A stretch of 48,786 nt of DNA from a bacterium (GCA_023267555.1 JAHFMZ010000003.1:1-48786); one strand, 5' to 3'. Shown: positions 9,564 to 21,009, counted from the first letter of the stretch. Notes: generated from the sequence alone by a model not told the origin. Made by a program: numbers and translations.

Positions 9564-12500
9564 ATGAAAACAATTGATACAAACAATTTCGATGGTCTTG
9601 GAATCAAAATTGCTTCTCCAGAAGCAGTTCGTTCTTGGTCATTTGGTGAAGTAACAAAACCAGAGACGATTAACTATCGTACAGGGCGTAGTGAACGTTA
9701 CGGATTATTTGATGAACGTATATTTGGTCCAGAAAAAGATTATGAATGTTATTGCGGAAAATATCGTCGTATTCGTTTTAAGGATATTATTTGTGAAAAA
9801 TGTGGAGTTGAAGTAACTAAGTCTATTGTTCGTCGTGAAAGAATGGGACATATTGAACTCGCTTCTCCTGTGGCTCATATTTGGTTCCTTCGCACAGTTC
9901 CATCACGTATTTCTCTTATACTTGCGCAACCAGTAAGTGATGTGGAAAAAGTTGTGTACTTTGCTGGTTATGTTGTGATGTCTGTAAATCAAACAGCAAA
10001 AGCAGAAATTTTGGCTAATCTTGATAGTGAGTTTAAAGCAAAAGTAAAATCAGCAAGTGATGAAAAGACACAAGACAAACTTCGTGAGCTTTTGACTGCA
10101 ACGAAAAAAGAAATTGAAGAAATTAAGCCGAATAAAATCTTTGATGAACTTACATATCATCGTTATGCGATGAAATATGGTACTTGTTTTGAGGCTGGAA
10201 TTGGAGCAGACGCTCTCTATGAAATCTTCAAGAAAATGGATCTCAAGGAAATTGAGGAACAAATTGTTGTTCAGCTTACAAAAGCAGGAGCTTTGGAACG
10301 TGAAAAAGCCGAAAAGCGTCTTTCCCTTATTCGTGCTTTCCAAAACGCTGGCATTCGCCCAGAATGGATGTTTATGACGGTTATTCCGGTTATTCCTCCA
10401 GGTATTCGTCCAATGGTGGCGCTTGAAGGTGGACGTTATGCAGCGTCAGATGTGAATGATTTGTATCGTCGTGTAATCAATCGTAATAATCGTTTGAAGA
10501 AATTGATGGAAATTGGTGCGCCAGATGTTATTTTACGAAATGAAAAACGTATTTTGCAAGAAGCGGTTGATGCTCTTATTGATAACTCTGCACGTCACGG
10601 ACAAGATGCTGTGATGAGTCAATCACAAAAGAGACAATTGAAATCTCTTTCAGATAATCTAAAAGGAAAGCAAGGACTTCTTCGTGGAAATCTTCTTGGT
10701 AAACGTGTGGATTATTCTGCTCGTTCAGTTATTGTGGTTGGTCCATCACTTGCACTTAATGAATGTGGTCTTCCAAAACATATGGCCCTTGAATTATTTA
10801 AGCCGTTTATTATTTCCAAGATTCTTGAACGTGAACTTGCATTCAATATCCGTGGTGCGAATAAATTAATAGAAGATAGTCTTCCAGAAGTGTGGGCAAT
10901 ATTGGAAGAATGTATTGAAGGAAAATATGTATTGCTCAACCGTGCGCCGACACTTCACCGTTTGGGTATACAAGCTTTCAATCCAAAACTTATTGAAGGT
11001 AATGCTATACAACTTCATCCACTAGTTTGTCAGGCTTTCAACGCCGACTTTGACGGTGACCAAATGGCGGTGCATCTTCCACTTTCGGTGGCGGCTCAAG
11101 ATGAAGCTCGTACACTTATGGCGGCGAATCGTAACTTGCTTCGTCCTGGATCAGGAGATTCTATTGTGAATCCACGTATGGATATGGTGCTCGGTACTTA
11201 TTGGATGACAAGAGTTATTGAAGGAGAAAAAGGTGAAGGAAAATATTTCGCGGCTCCAAACGAGGCTATTACTGCTTATGATTTTGACATTGTATCTTTC
11301 CGCGCCAAGATTTGGGTTATGCCAACAACTAGTCCGAGATATGCAAAGTTTGAAGGTAAGCGTTTTGAAACAACAGTAGGACGTCTTCTTTTCAACTCTG
11401 TTTTCCCAAGTGACTTCCCATATATGAATGACGAAGTGAATGGAAAGAAAATGAATGCCATTATTGATGAAGTTATTTTGACTTATGGTCTAGAAACTGC
11501 ACCATCAGTGATTGATAAAATAAAAGCATTCGGTTATAAGTATGCAACAGTTTCTGGTACAACTTGGAATATTGATGCAGTAAAAGTTCCAACACAAAAG
11601 CCGGAATTGGTTAAAGAAGGATGGGAACAAGCAGGTAGAGTAGACAATGACTATGAAGAAGGTCTTCTTTCAGACGAAGAACGTTATGAAAAAACAATTG
11701 AAGTTTGGCAAGCTGTAAGATCAAAAATTGAAAAACTTATTCCGGAATCACTTCCAAAGAATGGTTCAGTAGATGACTTGATTACTTCTGGTGCTAGAGG
11801 TTCTATTGCTCAGATTATTCAAATGTCAGGTATGAAGGGTATTATTGTGAATAACTCAGGACGTAACTTTGATTTCCCAGTGATTTCATCTTACAAAGAA
11901 GGACTTACACCGCTCGAATACTTCATCACAACTTACGGTGCTCGTAAAGGAAACTCTGACACCGCGCTTAAAACTGCTCAGGCTGGATATTTGACTCGAC
12001 GTCTAGTGGATGTGGCTCAAGATGCTATTATCACAGAGATTGATTGTGGAACAAAAGATAGTAAAGTGGTTCACAAAGAAAATGCACTCGGTATTTTGGT
12101 TCCAATTTCAAAAAATATTCGTGGGCGTGTTTTGGCAGAAGATATTGTAGCAAATGGAAGTGTTCTCTTTAAGAAAAATCATTTAATAAATAAAGATGAC
12201 GCTCTTATAGTTGAAAATGCTGGAGTGGAAGAAGTGCGTGTCTTTTCACCACTTATGTGTCAGTCACTGCACGGTATTTGCCAAAAATGTTATGGACTAG
12301 ATATGGGACGTAATAAACAAGTAGATCTAGGTGAAGCTGTTGGTATTGTGGCTGCTCAAGCTATTGGTGAACCAGGAACACAGCTTACTATGCGTACATT
12401 CCACGCTGGAGGTGTGGCAGGAACAGACATCACTCAAGGTCTTCCTCGTGTTGAAGAAATATTCGAACGTCGTATGCCAAAGAATCCTTCTATAATTTCT

Positions 12501-13157
12501 CACGAATCTGGTGAAGTCATTGGTATGCGTGATGAAGGAAAAGAAAAGATTATTGTTCTTCTTATGGATGATGATGGATCAAAGGGAAATAAAGGTGGCA
12601 AGCAAGTAGAATATACAGTTCCATTCCGTCGTCAGCCGATTGTAAAAGTTGGAGATCAAGTAAAGAAAGGTCAAATGATGACAGATGGTTCTTGTGATAT
12701 CGACGAGCTCTTCAATTATGCAAGTAAAGAAGTTGCTGAAGAATATATTGTAAGTGAAATTAACAAAGTGTATGAATTGCAAGGTGCAAGTATTTCTCGT
12801 AAGCACGTAGAAGTTATTATCAAACAAATGTTTGGACGTATCAAAATTACTTCTCCGGGAGATACACGCTTCACTCAAAGTGATGTCGTAGAAATTTCAA
12901 AGTTCCGTGGAGAAAATGCTCGTGTAAAAGCAGAAGGTGGAGTTGAATCCAAAGGTAAATATTTGGTATTAGGTATTACTGATGTTGCTTTATCTACATC
13001 ATCTTGGTTATCAAGTGCTTCATTCCAAAATACTACGCGTGTGCTTATCACCGCATCTACTCGTGGGCAAATGGATGAATTACGAGGATTAAAAGAGAAT
13101 GTTATCATTGGACGATTAATTCCAGCCGGTACTGGTTTACGAGGTAAAAAGGCATAA
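9564..13157 (+). CDS. rpoC: RNA polymerase beta' subunit
   Basis: NADFDGDQM catalytic motif, N-terminal Zn finger, [13 protein letters not shown]. Confidence 0.99.
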   Translation: MKTIDTNNFDGLGIKIASPEAVRSWSFGEVTKPETINYRTGRSERYGLFDERIFGPEKDYECYCGKYRRIRFKDIICEKCGVEVTKSIVRRERMGHIELASPVAHIWFLRTVPSRISLILAQPVSDVEKVVYFAGYVVMSVNQTAKAEILANLDSEFKAKVKSASDEKTQDKLRELLTATKKEIEEIKPNKIFDELTYHRYAMKYGTCFEAGIGADALYEIFKKMDLKEIEEQIVVQLTKAGALEREKAEKRLSLIRAFQNAGIRPEWMFMTVIPVIPPGIRPMVALEGGRYAASDVNDLYRRVINRNNRLKKLMEIGAPDVILRNEKRILQEAVDALIDNSARHGQDAVMSQSQKRQLKSLSDNLKGKQGLLRGNLLGKRVDYSARSVIVVGPSLALNECGLPKHMALELFKPFIISKILERELAFNIRGANKLIEDSLPEVWAILEECIEGKYVLLNRAPTLHRLGIQAFNPKLIEGNAIQLHPLVCQAFNADFDGDQMAVHLPLSVAAQDEARTLMAANRNLLRPGSGDSIVNPRMDMVLGTYWMTRVIEGEKGEGKYFAAPNEAITAYDFDIVSFRAKIWVMPTTSPRYAKFEGKRFETTVGRLLFNSVFPSDFPYMNDEVNGKKMNAIIDEVILTYGLETAPSVIDKIKAFGYKYATVSGTTWNIDAVKVPTQKPELVKEGWEQAGRVDNDYEEGLLSDEERYEKTIEVWQAVRSKIEKLIPESLPKNGSVDDLITSGARGSIAQIIQMSGMKGIIVNNSGRNFDFPVISSYKEGLTPLEYFITTYGARKGNSDTALKTAQAGYLTRRLVDVAQDAIITEIDCGTKDSKVVHKENALGILVPISKNIRGRVLAEDIVANGSVLFKKNHLINKDDALIVENAGVEEVRVFSPLMCQSLHGICQKCYGLDMGRNKQVDLGEAVGIVAAQAIGEPGTQLTMRTFHAGGVAGTDITQGLPRVEEIFERRMPKNPSIISHESGEVIGMRDEGKEKIIVLLMDDDGSKGNKGGKQVEYTVPFRRQPIVKVGDQVKKGQMMTDGSCDIDELFNYASKEVAEEYIVSEINKVYELQGASISRKHVEVIIKQMFGRIKITSPGDTRFTQSDVVEISKFRGENARVKAEGGVESKGKYLVLGITDVALSTSSWLSSASFQNTTRVLITASTRGQMDELRGLKENVIIGRLIPAGTGLRGKKA

Positions 13158-13268
13158 ATCATCTTATCTACTTTATCGCTACGGAATTTTTCTCAGTCGC
13201 CGTACTAGTATGTACGCCTTCTTCCAAAAATTCCTAAGCTCCTCGTATCTAAAATAATTTCTGATTTT
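13156..13268. repeat. REP-like imperfect hairpin after rpoC
   Basis: Nested arms AAATCA/TGATTT, GGAATTTTT/AAAAATTCC, CGTAC/GTACG. Confidence 0.5.
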
Positions 13269-13296
13269 TTTTAAAATGTGGTCATAGGATAATATC

Positions 13297-13335
13297 AAAT
13301 ACAAAAGCGACGCCTTTGGCGTCGCTTTTGTATTT
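13297..13335. terminator. Perfect 18-bp palindrome, GCGAC/GTCGC family
   Basis: AAATACAAAAGCGACGCC-TTT-GGCGTCGCTTTTGTATTT. Confidence 0.75.
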
Positions 13336-13442
13336 ATTGCTTAAATAAATTTTTATAGTAGTATTACTTTTGGACAGTACAATTTTGTGCGTTCTATATT
13401 TGGTTGACCCAAATATACAAATCCGTTTACCGGAGGTTGAAA

Positions 13443-13796
13443 ATGAATACATATGTGAATGATGTTGCAACAAAAAAGCCGGTAGTAAAAGATTTTTCTT
13501 TTCTTTGGCAAGATAGTTTTGAATTTGGTTTTAGTGTGATAACTGCAATAAAGCATATTATTTTACATCAGGCTGCAACTTGTGACGACAGTGAAATTGA
13601 GAGAGTGGTGGTTGCGGTCACAAAATCAAATGAATTCAAATCTTGGCGAGTAATTCGTTTTGATTATAATCAGTATTACCGGTTTGTTTTCCTTTGCAAA
13701 CCTCATCAATCTGATTGGTATGTCGTTGGAAGAAGTGAAAGGTTTACAGGTTTAATAGAAGAACCAAAAATGGAAGATATTACGTGGTTTCAGTAA
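13443..13796 (+). CDS. Orphan hypothetical protein
   Basis: GGAGGT SD before ATG 13443; terminator at 13821-13845. Confidence 0.65.
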   Translation: MNTYVNDVATKKPVVKDFSFLWQDSFEFGFSVITAIKHIILHQAATCDDSEIERVVVAVTKSNEFKSWRVIRFDYNQYYRFVFLCKPHQSDWYVVGRSERFTGLIEEPKMEDITWFQ

Positions 13797-13911
13797 TATT
13801 TGTCTTAAAAATACTTGAACAAGTCGCCTAATTAATGGGCGACTTTATATTTTTTGGGGATAACCTGTGGATAGCTGCTATTAACATATTGGCAATATAG
13901 GAATACTATTA

Positions 13912-14099
13912 AGATGTAGGTCGACCAAAAGTCTTTAGATTTTTTCGAGACCAGCAGTGTAGTCTTCAAGAAAAAACCCGTGGGTGGTTAGTGGGCGTCT
14001 GAGGCCTTACTTGATGGATTATGCGGAAGGGTTTCAACTAAACATCTTGTTTCGCGGACAAGATGGAACGACACCAATGATGTTTGGTGCCGTTTTTTG
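13912..14099 (+). ncRNA. Candidate structured ncRNA (rod-like, possibly 6S-like)
   Basis: Promoter TTAACA-17-TACTAT at 13881-13909, nested stems read by eye, terminal hairpin plus T-tract. Confidence 0.4.
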
Positions 14100-14402
14100 T
14101 TGTAGAAGTTTTATAAAGGACATATATTTATATAGGACAAAAAGTAATATTACAAATATTGTCTTTTATAAAATGTTCTTTATTCATCTTTTAATATTTT
14201 TTTGTTTAGTTATCCACAGGTTTCGTATATTTTGTATTGAATTATAAGAAGAATTAATTTTATACGTGATAAAATTATATTGGTGTACTCATATGAATAC
14301 CATATGGGGACTGAGTTGTTTTTGGTTGTTTTGATGAGGTGGTTTTATTTATTAAAATTAAAAATTAAAAAAGTTTTAAAGTTTTTTATAAAAACAAAAA
14401 GT

Positions 14403-15308
14403 ATGACATTCTTAAAAAATATTAAAGGTAAGAGTTCTTCCTCTGTAGGATTAACAGCACTTTTATCTGTTCTTGTTGTAACTGCAATGGTAAATGCAGC
14501 AACAACAATTAGTACAGATATTACTACTGGTGGAGCCTTGTCTGTCACTGGCGCAAGTACTCTTGCTTCTACGACAGGTACTGGTCTTTTTATTAATACT
14601 GGAGCAGGTTACTTTACTTCAGCAAGTTCTACTGCTTTTTCAGTAGGTCTTACTGGAAATGCTAATCCAGCTTTCTGGGTTGACGCTTCAACAGCATCAC
14701 AAGTAGCTGGTCTTAAAGTTACAGGAGCAGCAACAGGTGGAACAGTTGCTTTGGTTACCACAGATACTGGTTCAGCAACTAATCTTACTATTAATGCTAA
14801 GGGTACAGGAACAATAGGTATCGGTACTGTTTCAACAGGAGCTGTTACTATTACTCCTGCGACAACGATTGGTGGTACTTTGGGTGTTTCGGGTGTAACT
14901 ACTCTTGCTACAACAACAATAAACGGCACACTGGTTTCAAAAAGAGGTGTGTCGATTGTTCCATTAGTAGGATCAACAACTTTAACTACTGCTTTGTCAG
15001 ACACAGTCTATATTGCAGCTTCTACTACACAAGAACAAACATTTACTCTTCCGTCAGCTCTTAATGCAGGTCTTGTGTTTACATTCATTGCAGCTAGTGC
15101 TGGTGGAGCAATTTCTGTTGTCCCAGCAGGCTCAGACACCATTAGTATCAAAGCTTCAGAAGGTGGTGCTAGTGTCGTAACAGCGGGTGGCATAGGTATT
15201 ACGAATACAGCAGCTACAAATGTTGTTGGTGACCATATTACTCTTGTATCGGATGGTGTGAGTCAATGGCATATGATTTCTCAATCAGGTATTTGGGCTT
15301 CTCGATAA
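14403..15308 (+). CDS. Secreted Thr/Gly/Ser-rich surface protein
   Basis: Signal peptide ending VNA-A; beta-rich low-complexity body; start moved to 14403. Confidence 0.8.
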   Translation: MTFLKNIKGKSSSSVGLTALLSVLVVTAMVNAATTISTDITTGGALSVTGASTLASTTGTGLFINTGAGYFTSASSTAFSVGLTGNANPAFWVDASTASQVAGLKVTGAATGGTVALVTTDTGSATNLTINAKGTGTIGIGTVSTGAVTITPATTIGGTLGVSGVTTLATTTINGTLVSKRGVSIVPLVGSTTLTTALSDTVYIAASTTQEQTFTLPSALNAGLVFTFIAASAGGAISVVPAGSDTISIKASEGGASVVTAGGIGITNTAATNVVGDHITLVSDGVSQWHMISQSGIWASR

Positions 15309-15335
15309 TTCTCCAATCCTTATTAATTAATCACT

Positions 15336-16451
15336 ATGCCTATGTATAAAAAAACAAAGGTTCTACTTGGAACATTGGTGTTAGGATTGGGCATAAGCTT
15401 GATTCCAAATATCGCTCTTGCCACAAATAATGTGACTCTTACGACGAGTACTATTATTCGTGTGGGCGGTCTCAACTTCAATATATCCGGAGCTAGTGCA
15501 GTCATAAATAGTCTTACGGTCAATGCGTCAAGTTTCGCATTGACTTTAGATTCTGGACAGACAGCTCAAATAACTTCATCGGATAGAAAAGTTTTAACTG
15601 ATAATATCAGTGCAACAAATATTTCTCAGGATACTTGTTCTGATTCATCGGAAATATTAGGATTAAAGTCTTCATCAGATGGTACTGTTATTACAGTCAC
15701 TCCATCAAGTGTGACTTGTACAATAATTGGTGGAGGTGGTGGAGGCGGAAGTAGTAGCAGTGGTAGCAGTGGAGGTGGAAGCTCTTATTCAGCACCGGCC
15801 GCTACTCCAGCAACACCGGCAACACCAGCTACTCCAGCGACACAGACTACCCCCGCTGTCCCAGCAACGCCTGCTACTCCAGCAACTCCATCTTTGATGT
15901 CAGCTTCTTTCTCTCGTGACTTAGAACTTGGTGTTACAGGAGACGATGTTATAAATCTTCAGAAATTTTTAAACAGTAAAGGTTACACTGTTTCTAGTTC
16001 TGGGGCTGGTTCGGTTGGTAATGAAACAAGTAAATTTGGTCCAGCTACAAAAAATGCTTTAGCACGATTCCAAAAAGCCAACGGTTTAACTGCGCAAGGG
16101 TATTTTGGAGCAAAGACTAGAGCGTTGATTGCAAGTATGGATAATAACGCAGCCTCATCAGAAACAACAAACTCAATTCTTATAACAACTCCTTCGACCA
16201 ATGTACAAACTTCTTTTGCTCGTAACCTTGATGTGGGTTCGAAAGGGGAAGATGTACGTGCGCTTCAAGAATTCCTTATTGCTCGTAATGTTGGACAAGC
16301 AGCGGCAGCCCTAGCGGCAAATGGACTTACAAATAATATGGGTAAGTTAACAAAAGCAGCGCTCGCAGAATATCAAGCATCGGTAGGTATTAAACCGGCT
16401 TCTGGATATTTTGGTCCACTTACAAGATCTTATATTGAATCAAATAGATAA
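15336..16451 (+). CDS. Secreted protein with two peptidoglycan-binding domains
   Basis: Signal peptide, Gly/Ser and PAT-repeat linker, two copies of R.L..G..G.DV..LQ.FL...G.FG..TR. Confidence 0.88.
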   Translation: MPMYKKTKVLLGTLVLGLGISLIPNIALATNNVTLTTSTIIRVGGLNFNISGASAVINSLTVNASSFALTLDSGQTAQITSSDRKVLTDNISATNISQDTCSDSSEILGLKSSSDGTVITVTPSSVTCTIIGGGGGGGSSSSGSSGGGSSYSAPAATPATPATPATPATQTTPAVPATPATPATPSLMSASFSRDLELGVTGDDVINLQKFLNSKGYTVSSSGAGSVGNETSKFGPATKNALARFQKANGLTAQGYFGAKTRALIASMDNNAASSETTNSILITTPSTNVQTSFARNLDVGSKGEDVRALQEFLIARNVGQAAAALAANGLTNNMGKLTKAALAEYQASVGIKPASGYFGPLTRSYIESNR

Positions 16452-16485
16452 TTAATATATAAGTTAATTACTGTTTGGATCAGAT

Positions 16486-16530
16486 AAAATACAATAAAGC
16501 GACGCCGTAGGCGTCGCTTTATTGTATTTT
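16486..16530. terminator. Perfect 21-bp palindrome, bidirectional terminator
   Basis: AAAATACAATAAAGCGACGCC-GTA-GGCGTCGCTTTATTGTATTTT between convergent genes. Confidence 0.8.
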
Positions 16531-16573
16531 ACACAAAATAAAACTCCCTTCGCAGGGAGTTAACCAACAAAAT

Positions 16574-17080
16574 TCATATATTTTTTATGTGAACAAATAA
16601 GTCTATCGTAGTAACTATAAACATTGTTGTGTACCACGTCCAAAAGAGAATGGTTATCATACTTAAAAATCTTAAATACGATATCCCTGACATTTGGAAA
16701 CACAAGAAGACTAGGGTGGTTATTGCCATAAGAAATGCATAGGAGATAAATTTATAGAAAATAATACCTCCAGCCTCGATGCATCCTTTTAGAAAGCGCC
16801 TTTTTATCTCCTTGATGAGTGGCACAATGGTTTTAACGATCAAGAACGATGACCAAATATATAAGAAAAACAACAGGCCTCCAAATAGAATTGATGGTTG
16901 ATAGTTGGGGTATTTTATTTCAATTAATGAAACAATAATCCAAATTATGGTAAGAAGAAAGAAAATCAAAAGATGAATAAACAGTCTAATTGCCATAAAA
17001 CCCATCGGGACTTCTCCGACCCACTTCAGAGTGAAGATGTCGTAGAGGTCAGAAGGTATTCTGATTTTTATTTCGCTCAT
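16574..17080 (-). CDS. Orphan membrane protein
   Basis: About 4 TM segments; own TTGACA/TATAAT promoter and AGGAG SD. Confidence 0.7.
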   Translation of the reverse strand: MSEIKIRIPSDLYDIFTLKWVGEVPMGFMAIRLFIHLLIFFLLTIIWIIVSLIEIKYPNYQPSILFGGLLFFLYIWSSFLIVKTIVPLIKEIKRRFLKGCIEAGGIIFYKFISYAFLMAITTLVFLCFQMSGISYLRFLSMITILFWTWYTTMFIVTTIDLFVHIKNI

Positions 17081-17192
17081 ATCCAGCTCCTATGTAATTT
17101 TTTACAACGAATAGTTCAGTTCGTATGCATTATAACAACATAATGACAAGTGTGTCAAGTTGGATACTTCAGCATATGATACAATAGACGTT

Positions 17193-18830
17193 ATGAATCC
17201 GAAAGATCAAATAAAAGAAAATCTTTCTATTACTGATGTGGTTTCAACGTATATACGATTGGAAAAATCGGGTGCACAATTTCGTGCGCGTTGTCCGTTC
17301 CATAATGAGCGCACACCTTCTTTTTATGTTTCACCCGAGAGAAAATCATTTCATTGTTTTGGTTGCCAAGCACACGGTGATATTTTTACATTCGTAGAAA
17401 AAATAGAAAATATTCCATTTTATGAAGCACTCAAAATTTTGGCCGACAGAGCGGGTGTACAACTTACCGATTCTCAAAAAAATAAAGAAGACACACGTTT
17501 AATTTCTCTTCTTAAAGAGGCTACTATACATTTTGAAAAAAATTTAGAAACTAACCCTGAATCAAAAAAATATTTAATGGATCGTGGTTTGAGCGAAGAA
17601 ACCATCAAAACTTTTCACATCGGATATGCAAAAAATGAATGGCGTGATCTTTTTATTTTTCTTGCATCTTCTGGATATCAACCAGAAGAAATAGAACAGT
17701 CAGGATTGGCGATAAAAGCTCAAGATGAAAATGGAAATGTAAAAGGCTGGTATGATCGTTTCCGTGGACGAGTTATGTTTCCTATTAGAAATGTTTCTGG
17801 GGCAACGGTTGGTTATTCTGGACGAATACTTCCATCGCTCGTTGATCCATCTGTTGCTCAGGGAAAATATGTTAATACTCCAGAGACAGCTCTTTATCAT
17901 AAATCAAAAATTTTATTTGGTTATGATACTGCCAAAAAGAAAATGCAAGAAACAAAAGCTGTTATTGTTGTAGAAGGACAAATGGATTTGTGTATGAGTT
18001 ATCAATCAGGAATACATAATACCGTCGCGGTTTCGGGTACAGCTTTTACGGATGAACATATACATTTAATAAAAAGATTTTGTGGTACAGTTATTCTTTC
18101 TTTTGATACAGATACAGCAGGACAAAACGCGCTCAAGAAAACAGCGTTACTTTGTTTGCTTGGCGGGTTAGATGTGTACGTTGTTGGTGATATTGGTAAA
18201 AAAGATCCGGCAGATTTAATTAAAGAAAATGCTGAGGCCTGGATACAAGCGATAGAAAAAAAGAAACATATAGTTGAGGTTATGCTTGCACGAATAATAG
18301 AAGAGGAAAAAGATGATAGAAAACAAGGACAAAGAATAGTTACAGAAGTATTACCGTTTTTGAGAGCTATACAGTCTCCAATTGATAGAGCTCATTTTAT
18401 AAAAGTTATTTCTGGAAAAGCACATATACCAGAGGCGACTTTAGCGGAAGAGCTTTCTCGTGGAGTAATTTTGGAATCAAATGTTGTGGAAGATGTCGTG
18501 ATTACACTTCCAAGTAAGGAGCGTCTTACTCGTGAGATTATTGCTTATGCTACCCTTACAGGAAAATTGACTGATGAAAAGTTACTTACACTTTCTTTGG
18601 ATATGAATCAATTTCCAGAAGCAATTATTCAGGAAGAGATGTTTAAACTTGAAGAAAAAGTTGTTGGTAATAAAGAAAAATATTTGGACGATTTAATTTC
18701 AACTTATAAAAGAGAAATTCACAAGGAGGATTTGATAAAATTACAACAGAGATTGCGTGAAGATGGTTCTGATCACGAAGCTATTATGAAAGAGATAAAT
18801 GACCACATAAAAAAAGGACAAGGGAAATAA
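17193..18830 (+). CDS. dnaG: DNA primase
   Basis: CPFH.E.TPSF Zn finger, DRFRGRVMFPI, KYVNTPET, TOPRIM VEGQMD. Confidence 0.97.
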   Translation: MNPKDQIKENLSITDVVSTYIRLEKSGAQFRARCPFHNERTPSFYVSPERKSFHCFGCQAHGDIFTFVEKIENIPFYEALKILADRAGVQLTDSQKNKEDTRLISLLKEATIHFEKNLETNPESKKYLMDRGLSEETIKTFHIGYAKNEWRDLFIFLASSGYQPEEIEQSGLAIKAQDENGNVKGWYDRFRGRVMFPIRNVSGATVGYSGRILPSLVDPSVAQGKYVNTPETALYHKSKILFGYDTAKKKMQETKAVIVVEGQMDLCMSYQSGIHNTVAVSGTAFTDEHIHLIKRFCGTVILSFDTDTAGQNALKKTALLCLLGGLDVYVVGDIGKKDPADLIKENAEAWIQAIEKKKHIVEVMLARIIEEEKDDRKQGQRIVTEVLPFLRAIQSPIDRAHFIKVISGKAHIPEATLAEELSRGVILESNVVEDVVITLPSKERLTREIIAYATLTGKLTDEKLLTLSLDMNQFPEAIIQEEMFKLEEKVVGNKEKYLDDLISTYKREIHKEDLIKLQQRLREDGSDHEAIMKEINDHIKKGQGK

Positions 18831-18912
18831 TTAATAGGCTATCAACAACTAGCATAGAATCTTCACTACACAAAGTGGATAAAATATGATAGAGTATCGG
18901 GTACACGTCAAT

Positions 18913-20343
18913 ATGGCGAAAAAAGTTACTTCACAAAAAAAGAGTGTACAGAAAAAAACTACGACAAAAACCGTAGGAAAACACGCGAAAGCTAAAAAGG
19001 TTGTTTCAAAGAAAAAGGCACCTAGTACCAAAAAGTCTATTGCAAAGACATCAAAGAAGAAAGTAAAGAAAGTCATATCTAAATCTCGAAATGTAAAAAC
19101 ATCACGAGGAACAAAGAAATCGGTAAAAAAGATTTCGAAATCAATATCAAAAAAGTCATCTACTAAAAAATCAATATCAAAAAATAAAAATACTAAAGTA
19201 GAGACAAAGCCGAAATATAAACCAAAGGCTTTTACTATAAAAACTGGCCCATCAAAGCCGAAAGCTGCTGAAAAACCAAAGAAAATAATTACCCGTGAAG
19301 GTAATGAATTAGAACTTCTGACTAAAGGTAAGGAGCGTGGTTTTATCACATATGACGAAATCATCAGATATTTCCCAACAATAGAATTGGATATTTTATA
19401 TTTGGAAGAATTATATGAGAAAATGGCTGCCGCCGGGATTGACGTACTTGAAGGTGGAAATCTTCTTGATATGGATGATGATTTGGCAAAATTCGAAGGG
19501 AGAGACAGTACTCACGATAGTATTCAAATGTATTTGCGAGAAATTGGTCAGTACCCACTTATTTCTGGTGATGAAGAAAGAACTCTCGCACAACGCATAG
19601 AAAAAGGTGATATGGAGGCAGGAGGATTATTGGCAAAAGCCAATCTTCGTCTTGTGGTTTCTATTGCCAAAAAATATGTTGGTCGTTCGTCTGATTTGAC
19701 TCTTCTTGATTTGATACAAGAAGGAAATATTGGACTTTTTAAAGCTGTTGAAAAATTTGATTGGAATAAAGGTTATAAATTTTCTACTTATGCTACGTGG
19801 TGGATTCGCCAAGCCATAACTCGCGCGCTAGCCGATCAGTCTCGCACAATTCGTATACCAGTGCATATGGTAGAAACAATTGCCAAGTATAAACAAGTTG
19901 TGCGTCGATTATCGCAAGATCTAGGGCGTGATCCACTTGCTGAAGAAATTGCTATGGAAATGGGAGTTGATGTTAGTAAAATTCACATCATTGAAAATAT
20001 AAACCAAGATACTGTTTCACTTGAAAAACCAATAGGAGACGATGACGACAAATCCACACTCGGTGAATTTATTGCTGATGATAAAATACTTTCTCCAGAT
20101 GCAGAAGCGTCACACAGAATTCTTGCGGATCAAATTAATGAAATTTTGGACGATCTTTCACCAAAGGAAAGAAAGATTGTTGAAATGAGAAATGGTCTCG
20201 GTGAATATGATGGTGTGATGCATACATTGGAAGAAGTGGGAGCAGAGTTTGGTGTGACCCGTGAACGTATTCGTCAAATCGAAGCGAAAGTACACGAGAA
20301 GATACGTTCTCACGATAAATCAGAACGTCTTCGCAACTATTAA
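18913..20343 (+). CDS. rpoD: Primary sigma factor with Lys-rich N-terminal extension
   Basis: [39 protein letters not shown]; follows dnaG. Confidence 0.96.
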   Translation: MAKKVTSQKKSVQKKTTTKTVGKHAKAKKVVSKKKAPSTKKSIAKTSKKKVKKVISKSRNVKTSRGTKKSVKKISKSISKKSSTKKSISKNKNTKVETKPKYKPKAFTIKTGPSKPKAAEKPKKIITREGNELELLTKGKERGFITYDEIIRYFPTIELDILYLEELYEKMAAAGIDVLEGGNLLDMDDDLAKFEGRDSTHDSIQMYLREIGQYPLISGDEERTLAQRIEKGDMEAGGLLAKANLRLVVSIAKKYVGRSSDLTLLDLIQEGNIGLFKAVEKFDWNKGYKFSTYATWWIRQAITRALADQSRTIRIPVHMVETIAKYKQVVRRLSQDLGRDPLAEEIAMEMGVDVSKIHIIENINQDTVSLEKPIGDDDDKSTLGEFIADDKILSPDAEASHRILADQINEILDDLSPKERKIVEMRNGLGEYDGVMHTLEEVGAEFGVTRERIRQIEAKVHEKIRSHDKSERLRNY

Positions 20344-20345
20344 TG

Positions 20346-20388
20346 ATTAGATAAAAGAGCGACCCGAAGGGTCGCTCTTTTATCTAAT
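20346..20388. terminator. Perfect 20-bp palindrome, bidirectional terminator
   Basis: ATTAGATAAAAGAGCGACCC-GAA-GGGTCGCTCTTTTATCTAAT. Confidence 0.8.
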
Positions 20389-20890
20389 ACCCATAGTAAT
20401 AATTTGTAGGAGTATACATCGGAGTGTAATTCATCATATTATTATAATTCATATATGGATAATATGAGTTATAGTTATACGAACCACACATATAGTCTCC
20501 ATCCATATCATAGTAATAATAAGCGCAGGTATTATTGTATGAAGGATAGTAATTATTTTGATAACCGCTATTTGAATAGTTTGAATAATAGTTTGAATTA
20601 CAATTATTGTTCATATATGGATAAGTTTGTATTTGTACGCAAGGGGATGAATAATAATTAGAATAATTATAGTTGTTACAAGTATTTATAGTTTCTATTA
20701 TTTGCCCATAGTAATTATATTTGTAAGATAAACAAGGAGAAATTTGTCTTATTGTATATGATGTGTTTTGGTTATATGTGTATGGATAATAATATTGACT
20801 ATTATTAGAATAATACTGTGCAGAGGCCGTTCCTATTAGGCCTGTCGCCATAACTAGTCCAACGATACCTGATAGTAGTATTTTTTTCAT
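20384..20890 (-). CDS. Secreted Tyr/Asn-rich low-complexity protein
   Basis: Signal peptide MKKILL...TASA-Q followed by a Y/N/S/C-rich region. Confidence 0.8.
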   Translation of the reverse strand: MKKILLSGIVGLVMATGLIGTASAQYYSNNSQYYYPYTYNQNTSYTIRQISPCLSYKYNYYGQIIETINTCNNYNYSNYYSSPCVQIQTYPYMNNNCNSNYYSNYSNSGYQNNYYPSYNNTCAYYYYDMDGDYMCGSYNYNSYYPYMNYNNMMNYTPMYTPTNYYYGY

Positions 20891-21009
20891 ATTAGACGTC
20901 TGTTCCTGTTTAATTAATATTTTAGGAATAGGCTTATCTTCGTTATATTCCTTTTGCATTCTTTCGTCAATACCTTGAAAAATAAAGGAAAATGTGTTAT
21001 TATACAAAA

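Noticed and set aside
6301-13162. Many short alternative-frame and antisense ORFs within rpoB/rpoC (likewise in gatB, topA, infB, clpB)
   Set aside because: Shadow ORFs of well-conserved genes
13984-14247. 87-aa ORF
   Set aside because: No ribosome-binding context; it runs through a terminator and AT-rich intergenic DNA
15795-15890. Short tandem DNA repeats
   Set aside because: They are degenerate codons of the PAT protein linker
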